Part shown: in pieces, positions 26,077 through 38,300 of the stretch
Numbering within the stretch: the first letter of the stretch is position 1
Layout of the letters: each line of letters begins with the position of its first letter
NCBI GenBank assembly: GCA_027923505.1
Contig: BROI01000006.1
Span: 744,001-808,000 of the forward strand
Length of the DNA: 64,000 nucleotides
Source of the DNA: Mayamaea pseudoterrestris
Lineage: Eukaryota
Direction: 5' to 3'
Position numbers and translations under genes: made by a program
Notes under the pieces: generated by a model
The model's database searches: none
Seen by the model: the letters and a program-made list of their open reading frames with translations, nothing else
What the model was told of the DNA's origin: nothing

Positions 26077-26375
26077 CCCATTAACACGTTCACATCCTCC
26101 GTGGAGCTACACTGCTGCATTTATGTAATTGTTTGCTGTTCTATCTGTATAATGCACATTATGTGAGATTAACAGAGCTTTATTAAAGGTAATTAGTGAG
26201 ACAGCGTACAACACCACAAGTCTTTTTGTGAAGGAACTGGGAAGAGGGTTCCTCCAAAATAGAAGAGAGTGTTTTGTCACAAAAGCATTCAGTAAAAAGT
26301 GATACTTTATCCCAACATGTAATAGGGTTGTAAATCATGTGATGATATCCTCTTGGTATTTCGTCGATTGGCGTC

Positions 26376-29300
26376 TTAAATGCCACCTTGAGTGCAGCAT
26401 GAGCATTGCATCTTGCCAAGGTCAACCTCAAATGTTGCGAGATTGCCTGCAAACATGAGATCGCACATGGCATCAACATCGCCGCTCATGTCATTGTTGA
26501 AAAGTGTAACTTGGCGCAGTTTGGATGTTTTACCTGCAAAATCAGTGGCAAATTCTGATGCTGGAAATGTGCCAGTCAGCTGATTGTTGTGTAAAAGCAG
26601 CTCTTCAATCTTGGGCGCATTAATGTCAGCCGGAACTGTGCCTGTCAGTCGATTGCCATCCAAATGTAATCGTTGCCAGTCAAGCTTGCCAAAGTCACTG
26701 GGTATGGATCCAGAGATATCATTGTTCTCCAAGAAAAGTGTGCGGAGATTGGGCTCAGTTAAAGGAACATTATTGGGAATTGTGCCTGTGAAAAAGTTGT
26801 ATGCCATATCGAGGTAGACCATATCTTCGAACTGCCACATGAAGTCAGGAATCGTGCCTTTAAACAGGTTAAAGGATAGCGAAAAAGTGTCAAGCTCCGA
26901 TAATTTCACAAAGTCTGATGGTATTGTACCTGACAATAAATTGTCGGAGAGTGTGATCTCCCAAAGTGTGGACAGCATTGAGATTTCAGGTGGGAGAGTG
27001 CCTCTCATCTGTTGACCATAGTTTCGTATTATCTGGTACTCTTCAAAGCGGCCACATGGGTCGACTCCAATCATAGTGTACCAATCGCATTCATGGAGGT
27101 CGGAGACCCATAAATCTCCCTCCAACCAATTGTCACCATTGAATTCGCAGTACATTAAGGCCATTGCAAAGCGCTGTCGAATTCGCTCGACCTGGAACTC
27201 CATTATATCTTTTCCGGTTCGAAGCCATTCCCTTGCCCAATTCTGACAGGTACCGGGAATATTAATCAGATCCCTTGTTTGTGGAGGCAAAGCAGGATCA
27301 ATAGCACCCATGATGTAACCACATTCAGCACTTTGTACACAAGGCAGAGAAGGTGGGATTGGGAGGTTTGGAAGAGTGTGAGGGGTGTTTGATATCGGAG
27401 CAGCCGGATTAAAGCCTAGCATCGGTGGTGTGCCCCCAGCCGGCGGAGGCACTGCAATGCTTGATGCGCCCATGTAAGTTACGGCAGCCACCAGCGGCAA
27501 GCTAAGCCAAATTGGCAAAACAATCCCTTTTGGAGCTTCCTTTTCTTCTTCTTCTGGCTCGTTGTATATGTCTTCCGGAATTGACATTGGCCTAGGCCCA
27601 GCTCCGGTGTCATCTTCTTCGTCGGGGTTTGATGCCCAAGGGGCGGATGGATTCTCCACGTCAGGACTACCCACCGGGTAGATTGGCTTGCTGCTTGTGA
27701 AATCAAAGTCATCATAAGTTTCTGGGGATGTCTTTGGCATTGATCCTGCCGGAGGCTTGGGCTTAGTGCTTGTGAATTCAAAGTCATTGTAAGTCTCAGG
27801 CCGATCTTGATGTTCAGCCCTTGGTTCTGAACGGCCTGAGGCTGGTTTATTGCTACTGAACTCAAAAATATCATGCGTCTCCGGCGCCTTCTTGGGTGGT
27901 GGTGGGCCACGCCTCCAGTCCCATCCAGGATAGTCCTCATCGTCAACAACCGGTTTTGTATTAGGTTTTGGTTTTTCACTCACGTATTCAAAACTAGCGT
28001 GCTGCGGTCGACTGCGGTTCCAGTCCCATTCCGGAGACTTATCTGAGGTATTATCATCATGCCGAGGCCTTGGTGGCAGCCCTTCTTGGGGGCCCGTTGG
28101 ACCAAATCCTACCGGTGCAAGTTCTTCATCTGCAGGGACGGCTCGCTGCCTGTTCCAGTCCATGTCAGGTTCATCGTCAAAAACGTCATTCTTCCCAGGT
28201 CTTGAAGGGGTAGTACCCTGTGGGCCGAACGGCCCACTGAACGGAGAAGGCTCTCCAGTTCCAGGTGTTGGCCTATTACGATTCCAGTCCCATGCGGGCA
28301 ATCCATCCGTCTCGTCACCACCAGGGATATGCCTTGGAAGTCCTTCATTTGGGCTTAGTATACCTTGGGTGTCAGGTGGCACTTCGTTACCTGGAATGGG
28401 TCTATTGCGGTTCCAGTCCCAAGCAGGGGAGGCTTCAGGAACTTCAGTTGCCTTTTTTGGATGGTAGTTGGAAGCCTGAGGCACTAGCTGCCCCTGTGGT
28501 TTTGGGCCCAAAGCATCAGGAATATCTGCACCCTTGTTTCTAAGCCAGTCCAAAACTTTTTCAACGTCTTCGGGTCTAGAATCGTCTGGAGGAAAAGCGC
28601 TCGCTGATGAAGAACCAATAATTGGAGGTTTGATAGCGCCAGGAACCTCTTCTTCAACAGAAGGCGCATTAGGATTCCTCATCCATTCAAGAGCTTCTTC
28701 CATTGCCTTCTTCTTATTGGCTGGTGACAGTTGACGCGGCAGTGGAACACCAGCAATGTTCGCTAGAGCCTCCAGTGCCGGTTCGTCGATCTCGTCAGGA
28801 TTTGGTTCGTGGCCTCTTAACCAGTCAAGAGCATTATCAACTGCAGCCTTCTTCTCGTCAGCATTCAAACTACCTCTTGGGGGAGGCACCCCCGCCAAAT
28901 TCAACAAATTATTAAGTGTTGGCTCATCAATTTCATGCGCTGGACCTTTGCGCCTCAGCCAGTCCAAAGAGTCATCTAGCACATTTGTTTTGTCTTCTGG
29001 CGTCAGCTGGCGAGGCAGTGGAACGCCAGCAAGATTGGCAAATGCTTGAACTGTGTCTTCATCCACATCATCTACTTGTGGATTATTGTTTCGAAGCCAA
29101 TCCATTACTGCGTCAAGAGCTTCTTTTAGTTCTGTGGGTGGGATATGGCTGGGAAGAGGCAATCCCGGGACATTGACAATGTCTGCTGGTTGATGAATGT
29201 GACCACTCAAAATAGGTGTCTGAGATCGACGCGCCCAATCAAGTTCTGGTTCAGCCAGCGGTTTCTTGGGAAGATTAACGCCGGCAGTTTTAACGAGGGC

Positions 29301-32300
29301 TTGGAGCGAAGGCTCATCTAACTCTTCAATAGACTTTGGTGTTGGAGGATGCTTGCGTAGCCAGTCAACTGAATCGCTCAAAACTTGTTTCTTTTGGTCA
29401 TCGTCAATTGGGCATTTTGGTAATGAAATCCCTGCCATGTTTGCAAAGGCCCTTAATGAGGGTTCGTCGACATCATTGGGTATGGGATTGTTCTTTCGCA
29501 ACCAATTCACAGCATCATCCACAGCCTCCTTCCTACTGGTCGGTGTTCGTGGCAACGGAATACCAGCCAAATTAGCAAGTGACAGCAATGTAGTTTCATC
29601 AACATTATCCACCAAAGGGTGGTTGGTTCTTATCCAGTTCATTGCATCCTCCACTATCAGTGGTTTTTCACAGCTGAGAATTTCACGTGGTGTTGGAGTA
29701 CCAGCAAGATTCATGAGTGCACTCATTGTTGGTTCTGTTACTTCAACAGCACTGGGAGAAAGGCTCCGAATCCAGTTCACAGTATCTTCAAAGGGCTTCT
29801 GAAACTCTGGTGAAAGATGACTCCTTGGGAGCGGAACACCAGCAAGATTGGCCAGCGCCCGAAGAGTTGGCTCATCTACATCATCTAAATTGGGAGTATT
29901 GCCTCTAAGCCAGTTCATTGCGTCATCAACAGAAGATTGTTGCCCTGATGGGGGTGTTGTCCTGGGCGTTGGAATTCCGGCAAGGTTCATCAGTGCACTC
30001 ATTGTTGGTTCGGTTAATTCACCTGCATTGGGTGGATGGCTTCGAATCCAATCCACAGTGTCATCAAGGGGCTTCTGAAACTCTGGCAAAAGGCGACTCC
30101 TTGGAAGAGCGACACCAGCAATGTTGGCCAGTGCTCGAAGGGTTGGCTCATCCACATCACCTAATGTCGGAGTATTTTCCCTAATCCATTTCAATGCATC
30201 ATGTAGCAAAGGTCCTTGCTCTGATGAGGGAACTGTCCTAGGGGTTGGAATTCTGGCAAGATTAGCCAATGCATCCAGGGTTGGTTTGTCTATGTCATTT
30301 TCAGACGGAGGATTGTTTCTGAGCCATTCCAACGTGTCATTGAGAGGCTTCTGGTGCTCAAATGATAACTGTTTGCAAGGCAATGGAACACCAGCTAGAT
30401 TGGCAAGTGCGCGGAGGGTTGGCTCATCCACATTTTCTGGTTTGGGATTGTTTGACCTTATCCAGTTAATTGCTGTATCTAAAACATGAGACTTTTGTGT
30501 CAGAGATACATCACGTGGAGATGGAATTCCAGCTAAGTTAGCAAGAGCATCCAAAGTAGGCTTGTCTAACTCATTCACCAATGGAGGATGGCTGCGAAGC
30601 CAATCTACACAATCATTCAGAGCATTCTGCTGCTCATGAGAAAGTGGACAGTGGGGAATTGGGACACCCGCTAAATTAGCGAGCGCACGTAGAGTAGGCT
30701 CATCAATATCTTTTGGATCTGGCTTGTTGCTTCTAATCCAGTTCCAGGCTTTATCCACCACTTGGGGTTGCTCAGATGTGGGAATGGATCGAGGTGTAGG
30801 AACTCCTGCTAGGTTGGCTAATGCCTCTATGGTTGGCTCATCAAGCTCACCAGGCTTAAAGCTTTGATTTCGGAGCCATTCGGTGGTGTCACTCAAAATT
30901 CCAGCCTGGTCTGGAGTCAAAGTAGATCTTGGGAGTGGCACACCTGCTAGATTTGCAAGAGCTCGAAGTGTAGGCTGATCAATCTCCTGTGGTTTTGGAT
31001 TGTTGCTCCGCAGCCAATTAATGACTTTCTCTATAAGCATTGGCTGCTGGGACTTGGGAATTTCTCGTGGTGTTGGAATCCCAGCAAGATTTGCCAAAGC
31101 GTCCAATGTGGGTTCATCAATATCTGCTGCAGTAGGGGCACTACTGCGCAGCCACTCTGTTGTTTCATTCAAGATGTTGATCTGTTCTGGGGTCAGGGGA
31201 CTACGTGGAAGTGGAACACCTGCCAAGTTAGCAAGTGCTTGTAGTGTTGGCACATCAACCTTTGCTGGATCAGGTTGGTTATCCCGAAGCCATGTCATAG
31301 CTTGGTCCAATATACCAGGTTTTTGTGACATGGGAACAGTTTTTGGTATTGGAATTCCTGCTAAATTGGCCAATGCTTTCAAAGTAGGTTCATTAATCTG
31401 ATCTGCTGCAGGATTGTGGCCACGGAGCCATTCTATGGTAGTTTCAAGGACTGCAATTTGCTCCTCTGACATTGGACTGCATGGCAAGGGAACTCCTGCA
31501 AGATTGGCAAGTGCACGGAGGGTTGGCTCATCCACATTTTCTGGTTTGGGATTGTTTGACTGTATCCAGTTCAAAGCAGTATCTATAACTTGTGGCTTTT
31601 CAGATTTAGGTATATGGCGTTGTGATGGAATTCCAGCTAGGTTGGCTAGTGCATCAAGGGTTGGCTGGTCATGGAGTTTTTCCAAGGGCTTGTGATTGCG
31701 CAACCATTCTGTTGCACTGTTCAGCACAGCCTCCTGCGCTGGTGTAAGTGGCATCCGTGGAAGTGGTATGCCAGCCAAATTGGCAAGTGCTCGAAGGGTT
31801 GGCTCATCTACTTCCTTGGGGTCTGGGTGGTGGTTGCGTACCCAATTCATTGCATCATCAACAATCTTTCCAACCTTGGATTCTGGAATCTGCCGGGGTG
31901 TTGGCACTCCAGCAAGGTTTGCCAAAGCTTCCAAAGCAGGACCACCAAGTTCATGTGCCTTAGGTTTGTTATTTCGCAGCCACTCAGTAGTGGCATCCAA
32001 AGTGCTAATCTGCTCTGGTGTCAGTTGGCTTTGCGGTAGTGGTACTCCAGCAAGATTGGCCAAAGCACAAAGTGTTGGCTCATCCACATTTTCTGGTACA
32101 GGATTGTTGCTTCTCACCCAATTCATAGCATCATCTACGACCTTGGTCTTCTGTGACTTGTGAATTGCACGAGGTGTTGGAATTCCTGCTAGATTAGCCA
32201 GTGCTTCCACAGCAAGCTCATCAAGCTCATCTTCAGCAGGCTTGTGGCTACGTAGCCACTCAGTTGCTACAGCAAGCACATTCTCCTGCTCTGGTGAAAG

Positions 32301-35300
32301 CCGGCTCCTTGGCAATGGTATACCTGCCAGATTTGCCATAGCACGAAGTGCAGGCTCATCAACATCATCAGGATCTGGTTTATTCTGTCGGATCCAGTTC
32401 ATAAAATCCTCCAACAATTGTGGCTGCTCAGACTTTGGTACATGACGGGCAGAGGGAATACCTGCTAAGTTTGTCAGAGCCTCTAATACTGGCTCATCCA
32501 GGTATTGTTCAGTGGGCTGGTGATTGCGCAGCCATGTGATGGCCTCATCCAACACGTCTAGCTCTTCCTGTGACATGACTTTACGAGGTACTGGTATCCC
32601 TGCTAAGTTGGCCAGTGCTTGGAGTGATGGTGTATCAATATTCTTTGGTTTGGGGTCATTGTGACGAATCCAGTTCATGGCCTCATCAAGTATTTTTGCC
32701 TTCTGCGACGTCGGAATGTGCCGCCTCGTTGGCAATTCTGCAAGGTTGGCAAGTGCTTCTGCTGTTGGTTCATCAATCTCATTGTCCTTGGGCACATGTG
32801 TACGGAGCCATTCAATGGCATCATCAAGAACTAGTTGTTGTTCATGTGTAAGCATTTGGCGTGGTAGTGGGACGCCTGCAAGATTGGCTAGAGCTTGTAG
32901 ATTTGGCCCATCAGCTAAATTGGGGTTTGGCTCATTCTGTCGAAGCCAATTTACAGCACTGTCAACAACATTAGGCCAATCAGGTAAGGGGATATGTCGG
33001 GGGGAGGGCACACCTGCCAAATTGGCAATAGCATCCAAAGTAGGCTTGTCTAACTCATTCACCAATGGAGGATGGCTGCGAAGCCAATCTACACAATCAT
33101 TCAGAGCATTCTGCTGCTCATGAGAAAGTGGACAGTGGGGAATTGGGACACCCGCTAAATTAGCAAGCGCACGTAGAGTAGGCTCATCAATATCTTTTGG
33201 ATCTGGCTTGTTGCTTCTAATCCAGTTCCAGGCTTTATCCACCACTTGGGGTTGCTCAGATGTGGGAATGGATCGAGGTGTAGGAACTCCTGCTAGGTTG
33301 GCTAATGCCTCTATGGTTGGCTCATCAAGCTCACCAGGCTTAAAGCTTTGATTTCGGAGCCATTCGGTGGTGTCACTCAAAATTCCAGCCTGGTCTGGAG
33401 TCAAAGTAGATCTTGGGAGTGGCACACCTGCTAGATTTGCAAGAGCTCGAAGTGTAGGCTGATCAATCTCCTGTGGTTTTGGATTGTTGCTCCGCAGCCA
33501 ATTAATGACTTTCTCTATAAGCATTGGCTGCTGGGACTTGGGGATTTCTCGTGGTGTTGGAATCCCAGCAAGATTTGCCAAAGCGTCCAATGTGGGTTCA
33601 TCAATATCTGCTGCAGTAGGGGCACTACTGCGCAGCCACTCTGTTGTTTCATTCAAGATGTTGATCTGTTCTGGGGTCAGGGGACTACGTGGAAGTGGAA
33701 CACCTGCCAAGTTAGCAAGTGCTTGTAGTGTTGGCACATCAACCTTTGCTGGATCAGGTTGGTTATCCCGAAGCCATGTCATAGCTTGGTCCAATATACC
33801 AGGTTTTTGTGACATGGGAACAGTTTTTGGTATTGGAATTCCTGCTAAATTGGCCAATGCTTTCAAAGTAGGTTCATTAATCTGATCTGCTGCAGGATTG
33901 TGGCCACGGAGCCATTCTATGGTAGTTTCAAGGACTGCAATTTGCTCCTCTGACATTGGACTGCATGGCAAGGGAACTCCTGCAAGATTGGCAAGTGCAC
34001 GGAGGGTTGGCTCATCCACATTTTCTGGTTTGGGATTGTTTGACCGTATCCAGTTCAAAGCAGCATCTATAACTTGTGGCTTTTCAGATTTAGGTATATG
34101 GCGTTGTGATGGAATTCCAGCTAGGTTGGCTAGTGCATCAAGGGTTGGCTGGTCATGGAGTTTTTCCAAGGGCTTGTGATTGCGCAACCATTCTGTTGCA
34201 CTGTTCAGCACAGCCTCCTGCGCTGGTGTAAGTGGCATCCGTGGAAGTGGTATGCCAGCCAAATTGGCAAGTGCTCGAAGGGTTGGCTCATCTACTTCCT
34301 TGGGGTCTGGGTGGTGGTTGCGTACCCAATTCATTGCATCATCAACAATCTTTCCAACCTTGGATCCTGGAATCTGCCGGGGTGTTGGCACTCCAGCAAG
34401 GTTTGCCAAAGCTTCCAAAGCAGGATCACCAAGTTCATGTGCCTTAGGTTTGTTATTTCGCAGCCACTCAGTAGTGGCATCCAAAGTGCTAATCTGCTCT
34501 GGTGTCAGTTGGCTTTGCGGTAGTGGTACTCCAGCAAGATTGGCCAAAGCACAAAGTGTTGGCTCATCCACATTTTCTGGTACAGGATTGTTGCTTCTCA
34601 CCCAATTCATAGCATCATCTACGACCTTGGTCTTCTGTGACTTGTGAATTGCACGAGGTGTTGGAATTCCTGCTAGATTAGCCAGTGCTTCCACAGCAAG
34701 CTCATCAAGCTCATCTTCAGCAGGCTTGTGGCTACGTAGCCACTCAGTTGCTACAGCAAGCACATTCTCCTGCTCTGGTGAAAGCCGGCTCCTTGGTAAT
34801 GGTATACCTGCCAGATTTGCCATAGCACGAAGTGCAGGCTCATCAACATCATCAGGATCTGGTTTATTCTGTCGGATCCAGTTCATAAAATCCTCCAACA
34901 ATTGTGGCTGCTCAGACTTTGGTACATGACGGGCAGAGGGAATACCTGCTAAGTTTGTCAGAGCCTCTAATACTGGCTCTTCCAGGTATTGCTCAGTGGG
35001 CTGGTGATTGCGCAGCCATGTGATGGCCTCATCCAACACGTCTAGCTCTTCTTGTGACATGACTTTACGAGGTACTGGTAACCCTGCTAGGTTTGCAAGT
35101 ATTTTGAGAGTAGGATCATCCAATTTCTCTGGTTTTGGGTCATTGTGACGAATCCAATTAATTGCGTTGTCCAGCATCTTTGGCTTCTCATTTTCATGGA
35201 AGTATCTGGGGGTGGGTATACCTGCAAGATTTGCTAATGCCTCAGCTGTTGACTGGTCCAAATTATTACCAGTGGGTTGATGCGTACGAAGCCAGTTTGT

Positions 35301-38300
35301 GGCTTGCTGCAGAGCACCAATTTTTTGGTCCATTGGCAGCAATTGTGATGGCATTGGGACCCCTGCAAGGTTGCACAGGGCAAATCCAGTAGGCTCATCA
35401 CATGTAGGTATAACTTCAGAATTACGTAGCCAGTCCAAAGCTTTATTGAGTGCAGTCTCCTTGACTTCAGGTGAATGATCAGCTAATGGTTGGCTAGCAA
35501 GCTTGGCTAGAGTCTTTGTTGTAGGCTCATCAATGCCATCATAATCAATCTTTTTGCTGCGAATCCAGTCAACACAGTCACTAATAGCCTTCGTCTTCTC
35601 TTTCTGTGTGAGAGGCTGACGTGGCAATGGAATACCTGCAAGACTTGCGAGAGCTTCCAGAGTTGGTGCATTGACTCTACCAGGATCCGGGTTATTATTC
35701 CGAATCCATTGCAGTGAATTATAGAATGCCTTTTCCTTTTCTGGCAATGTCTGCATCTTGGGCATTGGTATTCCGGCAAGGTTGCACAAAGCATTTAATA
35801 TTGGTTCATTCACATCATCCAATTCCAAATTATTCTGACGAATCCAATTAACTGCATTTTTTAGCACCACTTCAGAGTTTGTTGTTGTTTTATGAGACAG
35901 TGGGATCCCAGTTATATTGCGGAGTGCATTCAGGGCCAAATCATCAACAGCATCTTGGCTAGGAGTATTGTTTCGCAACCAGTTGAAACAATCATCAAGT
36001 GCTGCTTGCTGATTCACATCGAGTTGTCTTCGAGGCAACGGTACACCAGCTAGATTTGCCAATGCTTGGAGGCTGGGTATATCAACATTAGTTGGGCTGG
36101 GATCATTGCTACGCAACCAAGTCAAACAATCCTCCACAAGCTCCTTCTGGTCAATGGGTGAAAGCTGATCTTGTGGCAATGGAATTCCAGCCAAATTAGC
36201 CAAAGCCTGTAGGGTTGGCTTATCCATGTCAGCCCCTCTTGGCTCATTGTGGCGGATCCATTTGACAATGTCATTCAAGGCCATATGTTGGTCTGGTGCA
36301 ATACTGGTGCATGGCATAGGGACACCTGCAAGGTTAGCAAGAGCTTGAAGTGATGGCTCGTCTATGACTCCAGGCATGGGGTCATTACTGCGGAGCCAGT
36401 CAAGTGCATTTCCTAAAACTTTGGGTTTGTCCTTTGGTTTAATCCGTTCCTTTGGCACTGGAATACCAGACAAAGTGGCAAGTGCCTCAAGCATTGGCTC
36501 AGTCACATCACCAGGAGCAATTTCATGGGTTCGAATCCATTCAAGAGTGTCATCCAAAGCACCCTTTTGTAAAGCTGTCAGTGGCTTTCGAGGTATAGGC
36601 ACTCCAGCCAAGGTTGCAAGTGAATGCAGGGTGGTTTCATCAACACTTGCCGGGTTTGGATCATTGTTGCGGAGCCAACTCAAGGCATGCTCAAGAATCT
36701 TAGGCTTGCTTTTTGGTGTTATGTGCTCCCGTGGCATGGGAATACCAGCCAAAGTAGCAAGTGCATCCACCACTCCTTCATCCAAGTCACTTGGCTTTAT
36801 TTCACTATTACGCACCCAGTCAACCATATCCTGCAAAGCCTCTGATTGCTCTGATGACAATTGATGACTAGGCATTGGTATGCCAGCAAGTGTAGCAAGG
36901 GACAACAAGGTTGTTTCATCAACATCTTGAGGTTTCAAATTATTCTTGCGCAGCCATGTCAATGACTCATCCAAAATCTGAGGCTTGTCTTTTGCAGGGA
37001 TCCTCCTTGCTGGCACAGGAACCCCCGCAATGCTGGCTAGTGCTCGAAGCACAGGCTCACCCACATCCTCAGGCTTGATGTTGGTGTTGCGGATCCAGTT
37101 CAATGCCTTGTCCAAGGATTCCCGCTGCGCAGATGTCAAAGATTCTTTGGGAACAGGTACACCTGCAAGATTTGACAGTGCTTGGAGTGTTGGAGTATCC
37201 ACCAATTCTGGGTTGGGGGAGTTATTACGCAGCCACTTTAAGGCATTCTCCACAATAGTTGTCTTGTCTTTGGGTAATGTCTTGGCCACTGGTAAAGGAA
37301 TGCCAGCCACATTTGCTAGCGCCAGCAATGCAGGCTGGTCAAGGTCTGCAGGATGGGGCCTGTTGTTACGAAGCCAGTCAACAGACTTATCAAGTGCATC
37401 CATCTGGTCCTTGGCAAGTCTACCTTTTGGTAATGGGAGACCAGCAAGTGTGGCCAGTGATTGCAGAGTTGGTGCATCCACCGCTATAGGATTAGGGTCA
37501 TTGTTTCGCAGCCACTCAACAGCGTTGGCAATGATCTTTGGTTTGTCCTTTGATTGAACCTTGATTGGTAGAGGTATGCCAGCTAAATTTGCCATCGCCT
37601 GCATTGTTGCTTCATCAATATCATCTGGTACAAGGTTATTGTTACGGATCCAGTTCAATGACTTACTTAAAACTTCCTGCTTTGCAGAGGTGAAATTGAC
37701 TGGCATTGGCAAGCCAGCCAGCTCCGCAAGTGGGTGCAATGATCCTTCATCAATGCCTTCAAGCTCAGGATCTTGATTTCGTAACCAGTTTATAGCATTT
37801 TCAGCAACAATATCATTGTCCATTGCATTAATGCTATGAGTCATGGGTATCCCAGATAAGTTGGCCAGTGCTTGCATTGTTGGCTTGTCCAACTCATCTG
37901 GGTGTACTCCCGTGTTGCGAAGCCATTCTACGGTATCATTGAGTGCCTCTTCTTGTTTTGGAGAGATAAGTCTTCTAGGACATGGGAGACCTGCAAGATT
38001 AGCCAGTGAGTGCAAAGTAAACTCCTCTATAGCCTCAAGCTTTGGATCATTGCTACGCAACCAAGTCAAACAATCCTCCACAAGCTCTTTTTGGTCAATG
38101 GGTGAAAGCTGATCTTGTGGCAATGGAATTCCAGCCAAATTAGCCAAAGCCTGTAGGGTTGGCTTATCCATGTCTGCCCCTCTTGGCTCATTGTGGCGGA
38201 TCCATTTGACAATGTCATTCAAGGCCATCTGTTGGTCTGGTGCAATACTGGTGCATGGCATAGGGACACCTGCAAGGTTAGCAAGAGCTTGAAGTGATGG

